A stretch of 64,000 nt of DNA from Planctomycetota bacterium (GTDB taxonomy: Bacteria > Planctomycetota > UBA1135 > UBA2386): assembly GCA_947501605.1 (NCBI GenBank), contig CANMWZ010000017.1, positions 27,475 to 91,474 on the forward strand, read 5' to 3'. The notes beneath the pieces were generated by a model. The model was not told where the DNA came from, did no database searches, and saw nothing but the letters and a program-made list of their open reading frames with translations. The position numbers and the translations under genes are program-made. Below, one piece after another: positions 60,022-64,000 of this stretch. Numbering within the stretch: position 1 is the stretch's first letter; each line of letters begins with the position of its first letter.

Positions 60022-61945
60022 AGCGTTGCGGCTCCTGTTCGTCGGCATCGTCCTGCTCGACCTCGCCTTCGTGCAGTTGACCGCAACGGTGTCGGCGGCG
60101 TGGCTCGCCGGGTTGTGGCTGTTCACCGCGTTGACGCCCTTGCTCAAACGCTGGCACACGCACATCTGGTACCGCGGCCTGTGGAACGGGTGCGTCCTCG
60201 CCTCGTTCGCGTTCTTGGTCAACGACGCGCTCACCAGCGGTCTGCTGCACATGCTCGAAGATGGGCTCCTGCTCTCGGCGCTGTGTCAGGTGCATCTACT
60301 GAACAACCTGGGCCAGAAGCAGCGGCCCGATCTGTTGTTCTTCAATTCGTTCCTCATCGCGTTCGTCACCAGTTTCTTCTGCGGCGACCTCGCGTGGTCG
60401 ATCACGTTCTTCCTCTATGCCGCGTTGCTGATCCCGGCACTGCAGTTGTACGTGACGCTGCCGCGCACAGGCTCGCCACAGCCCGGCATGGTCCGCCTCA
60501 TCGTGCGCGACGGCCTGCCCCGCAGCCTTGCCGTCGTTGTCATCACGGGTGTGGTGTTTGCGGTCTGGCCTCGCGACTTCCACCGCGAAGGCTGGCTCGG
60601 TGAGTCCTTCCAGTTCGGTGGCCAACCACTGGTCGCATTCGCCGAACAGGTTCGCCTCGATCGCACGACCACGCCCACGCTGAGCGATGCGCCGGTGATG
60701 CGCATCCGTAGCTCTGCCGGTCGTGATTCGATCCCCCAGCACTGGCGCGGCGCTACCTTCGTGCAATTCGACGGCGCCGGTTGGCAGCCGTTCCGGATCC
60801 GCGACTTCGGCACCCGCACGGCGACCGACGAAGTCTGGACCGCAGTGTCACCACGACAGTGGCGGCGCGGCGGCGCCGCGGCCGCGGATGGACCGCGACT
60901 TGAAGTCCGGCTGGTCGACCGCAGCGGCGAACGACTGTTCCTGCCGCCGAACGCGCGCGCGTTCGAAGTGCTCGACGAGACGCCCGCCATGATCGACCCG
61001 AAGGCTGATGGCGTCGTTGCCTTGCTCGAGTTTGGCGGCGAGCGCAAGCCTCTGGATTGGGCTGTCCTCACAGGCCCTGAAGGCACGGCGCCGCTCAACG
61101 AGTTGTCGCGCGGCGCGCGCATCTTCCTGAGTCAGCTACCCCCGCAGTTGCCGCAACCGATCCGGGCGATCGCAAGCGAGCTCGAACGCGGGCTGCCAGC
61201 CGAGGCCGCGCCCGAGCTGCGCGCAAGGCGCGCGCGAGACTGGCTGTCCGCCGAGCGCCGATATGCGTTGCCCGGGACGCCAGGCGCCGCGCGCAGTCTC
61301 GACGACTTCCTGCTCGGCACCGGAGGCGGACACTGCGAGTTCTTCGCCACGGCACTGGCCCTTCTGCTCCGACAGCAGTCCATCCCTTGCCGCGTCGTCG
61401 GCGGCTACTCGGCGCAAGAGTGGGACGAATCGGCCGCAACGATGATCGTGCGCCAACGTCACGCTCACGCCTGGGTCGAGGCGTGGTTGCCGAGCAGCGG
61501 TTGGACAACGCTCGACCCGACGCCAGCAATGGCCGACACCGAGGGCGCGCCAACCTGGCTCGCCCAACTCTGGGATGAACTCGAATCCGCGTGGGCCAAC
61601 GTCGCGAGGTTTGGCGAGGAAGACCGCCGCACGCTGTTCGCGACGTTCTTGGACCTGCCAGCGGCAGCCATCCGTTGGCTACAGCGCGACCCGGCAAGCG
61701 CAGCCCTTTGCGCAATCCTGCTGGCTCTCTCCGTCCTGCAATTCCATCAGCGCCGCCGGCGGCGCACGCCGCCGACCGTTGCCGCGATGCGCACCGCGAT
61801 GCACAAACTGCATCTGAAGTGCGCTCCCGGCGAGACACCGCGCGAGCTCCTGTTGCGAGCTCAGGCCCTAGACCATCGCCCCGACGCCGTGCGCCAACTT
61901 GCAGCCGCCGTCGAGAGACATGAGGCGGAGAGGTACGCGCGATGA
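60014..61945 (+). CDS. DUF3488/transglutaminase-like membrane protein (TgpA family)
   Basis: Multi-TM N-terminus; HWRG; catalytic triad GHCEFFATA, HAWVE, LDPTP. Confidence 0.9.
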   Translation: MSEALRLLFVGIVLLDLAFVQLTATVSAAWLAGLWLFTALTPLLKRWHTHIWYRGLWNGCVLASFAFLVNDALTSGLLHMLEDGLLLSALCQVHLLNNLGQKQRPDLLFFNSFLIAFVTSFFCGDLAWSITFFLYAALLIPALQLYVTLPRTGSPQPGMVRLIVRDGLPRSLAVVVITGVVFAVWPRDFHREGWLGESFQFGGQPLVAFAEQVRLDRTTTPTLSDAPVMRIRSSAGRDSIPQHWRGATFVQFDGAGWQPFRIRDFGTRTATDEVWTAVSPRQWRRGGAAAADGPRLEVRLVDRSGERLFLPPNARAFEVLDETPAMIDPKADGVVALLEFGGERKPLDWAVLTGPEGTAPLNELSRGARIFLSQLPPQLPQPIRAIASELERGLPAEAAPELRARRARDWLSAERRYALPGTPGAARSLDDFLLGTGGGHCEFFATALALLLRQQSIPCRVVGGYSAQEWDESAATMIVRQRHAHAWVEAWLPSSGWTTLDPTPAMADTEGAPTWLAQLWDELESAWANVARFGEEDRRTLFATFLDLPAAAIRWLQRDPASAALCAILLALSVLQFHQRRRRRTPPTVAAMRTAMHKLHLKCAPGETPRELLLRAQALDHRPDAVRQLAAAVERHEAERYAR

Positions 61946-62084
61946 AGGCACTCGCTTCGCCGCTCCCTTGCCGCATGCTGCCACGTTGCCTTGACGCTCT
62001 CGCCGGGCAGAAGCATCATCCTCGTGCCCGCGCGTGCTCGTGCGGCAACCAAGGTCGGCGCAGCCGGCCCCGAACCGGAACCCG

Positions 62085-64000
62085 ATGACGAACTCTGAAT
62101 CGCCGCAGTCGACCCGCGGCATCTTGCTCGCGGTCGCCTTGATCTCGGCCGCGACGCTGGCCGTGCAGGTACTGCAGACCCGCTTGTTCAGCGTGATGCT
62201 CTGGCACCACCTGACCTACATGGTCGTCACCGTGACGCTCCTGGGCTTCGGTTGCGGCGGCGGTCTCATCGGCTTGTTCCCGCGCATCGGTCAGATGTTT
62301 GGTGACTCGCGTCGCGCTGTGTCGTTCTGCTGCAGCATGTTCGGCATCACGTTGATCGGCGCCTTCATCGTGCTGTGTCACACGCCGCTCGACACGCTCG
62401 ACATCGAGCAGGACCGCACCAAGTACCTGCTGCTGTTCCTGCGTTACGCCTACTTGATCGTGCCGTTCTTGTTTGCCGGCCTCGGCATCGCGATCGCGCT
62501 GCAGCAACATCCAGCAATGGTGCATCGCACCTACTTCTGGAACCTGATCGGCTCCGCGATCGGCAGCTTCTTGTTCGTGCTGCTCGTGCGCCCGCTCGGA
62601 GGTCCAGGTTGCCTCTACGTGTTCGCGGCGATCGGCGGCCTCGGCGGCCTCGCAGCGTTGATGGGCACCGGCGCTTCGGTGTTTTCGCCCATCCGCCTGC
62701 TCGCTGTGCTGACCCTTGCCATCTGGCCACTCAGCGCCGCCTTCCCGGAAACGACGACCAGCCTGCTGCCGATAGAGCCCGCCAAGAGCAAGATGCTCGG
62801 AACCATGGACCTCTACTACGAGGGGATGGCGGACTACTACCGCAAGACGCAGGACCCGAACTACCCACAACTCGATCTCAGTCTGCGTTCGACGATCTGG
62901 AGCCCGACGTGTCGCATCGACACGCTGCCGATGGCGCCGACGGTCGGCAACGTTCAGAAGGACCGGGAGAATCCCGCTGGCGGCCCGCGCACGGAAGTGC
63001 ACGTGTTTCAAGACGGCGACGCGCCAACGAAGATCTGGTCCGGCGGCTATGCCAAGGGCCTCGACTACAAGAAGCACTGGTACGGCCTCGGCTATGAGCT
63101 GGTGAAGGACCCGAACGCTCTGATCATCGGTCCCGGTGGCGGCAACGACATCGAGACCGGTCTCGCATGCGGCGCCAAGACGATCACTGCCGTCGACATC
63201 AATGGCGACACGATCGACCTCGTGCGCGGCAAGTTCGGCTCCTACACCGATCACGTCTACGACCGACCGAGCGTTGAGTGGATCAAGTCGGAGGGGCGCA
63301 GCTACCTGCGTCGCTCCGGCAAGAAGTTCGATCTGCTGCAGATGTCCGGCACCGACACCTACTCGGCGCTGTCGTCGGGCAGCTACATCTTCAGCGAGAG
63401 CTATCTCTACACGATCGAGGCGTTCGACGACTTCTTCGAACACATGACGGACCAGGGCGTGATCACCGTGATCCGCTTCCGCTTCGAACCCCCACGGGAA
63501 GAGCTCAAGCTCGTCGCCACCGCATCACGCGCCCTGCGCAAACTCGGCATCACCGACCCGCGCCGCCACTTCTTGGTCGTCAACCAAGAAGATGGAGCGT
63601 TCAAGGACCTCGCCCAGCAGCTGCGCAACGCTCCGCCGGAGATCGCCAGCATCAAGAACTTCGAGGAATTGCGCACGCGGATGTCGCGCGATTACGACCA
63701 CCCGATGCGCTACGCGGCAATGCTGATGCGCAAGACGCCCTTCACCGAAGCGGACGTCGCGAAGATCGAGGCCTACCTACCACCGCTCAACAGTCCGCTG
63801 GTCGACCACAAGCTGTACTACGCCGCCGGCCTGCGCGGCGAGGACAACGAGTACAGCCGACTGCTCGCCGCCGCGGCCGCGGGCCCTGAGGCCGAACAAC
63901 ACTTCCACGACACGTACCAGTACCGCACCCACCCGGCGACCGACGACAAGCCCTTCTTCTTCAACTTCAACTCGTGGAGCGACGTGTCGTTCTCCTCGAG
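62085..64000 (+). CDS. Membrane-bound spermidine-synthase-like/SAM-dependent protein (truncated by window end)
   Basis: Manual translation from ATG 62085 gives MTNSESPQSTRGILLAVALISAATLAVQVLQTRLFSVMLWHHL...; later LIIGPGGGND, AVDIN, EGRSYL, KFDLLQ, SESYLYTIEAF, TDDKPFFF. Absent from the ORF track because there is no stop in the window. Confidence 0.85.
   Translation, partial: MTNSESPQSTRGILLAVALISAATLAVQVLQTRLFSVMLWHHLTYMVVTVTLLGFGCGGGLIGLFPRIGQMFGDSRRAVSFCCSMFGITLIGAFIVLCHTPLDTLDIEQDRTKYLLLFLRYAYLIVPFLFAGLGIAIALQQHPAMVHRTYFWNLIGSAIGSFLFVLLVRPLGGPGCLYVFAAIGGLGGLAALMGTGASVFSPIRLLAVLTLAIWPLSAAFPETTTSLLPIEPAKSKMLGTMDLYYEGMADYYRKTQDPNYPQLDLSLRSTIWSPTCRIDTLPMAPTVGNVQKDRENPAGGPRTEVHVFQDGDAPTKIWSGGYAKGLDYKKHWYGLGYELVKDPNALIIGPGGGNDIETGLACGAKTITAVDINGDTIDLVRGKFGSYTDHVYDRPSVEWIKSEGRSYLRRSGKKFDLLQMSGTDTYSALSSGSYIFSESYLYTIEAFDDFFEHMTDQGVITVIRFRFEPPREELKLVATASRALRKLGITDPRRHFLVVNQEDGAFKDLAQQLRNAPPEIASIKNFEELRTRMSRDYDHPMRYAAMLMRKTPFTEADVAKIEAYLPPLNSPLVDHKLYYAAGLRGEDNEYSRLLAAAAAGPEAEQHFHDTYQYRTHPATDDKPFFFNFNSWSDVSFSS

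Overview
High-GC bacterial chromosomal window with about 54 protein-coding genes and one probable gene relic. I recognised no rRNA, tRNA, CRISPR array, transposase, integrase or prophage. Gene content suggests Planctomycetota (inference): an ECF sigma factor flanked by Ser/Thr kinases, lepA-lepB(with large insert)-lptB, a giant GreA and a long transaldolase. The housekeeping backbone is folC (partial), aroB, carB, transaldolase, aat, ribBA, a HIT protein, udk, sppA, lemA, class II photolyase, wecB, lepA, lepB, lptB, greA, the MoxR-DUF58-transglutaminase operon and a partial spermidine-synthase-like membrane protein. The most unusual items are: (1) an overlapping pair of degenerate PilT/PilU-like ATPase genes, one a predicted pseudo-ATPase with a tandem MshEN c-di-GMP-binding-like N-terminus; (2) an ECF/anti-sigma-led run containing a PilM-PilN fusion, a PilO-like gene, a lipoprotein, a coiled-coil protein ending in a RelE/ParE-like domain, and aat; (3) a Lys/Pro/Ala-rich tail fused to an apparently inactivated PD-(D/E)xK-like domain; (4) a recurrent 'P..L.G....Q.....S[NT]' module in three places; (5) an STK-ECF-STK signalling cassette. 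All calls come from reading motifs by eye. No database searches were run, and start codons are my best estimates.
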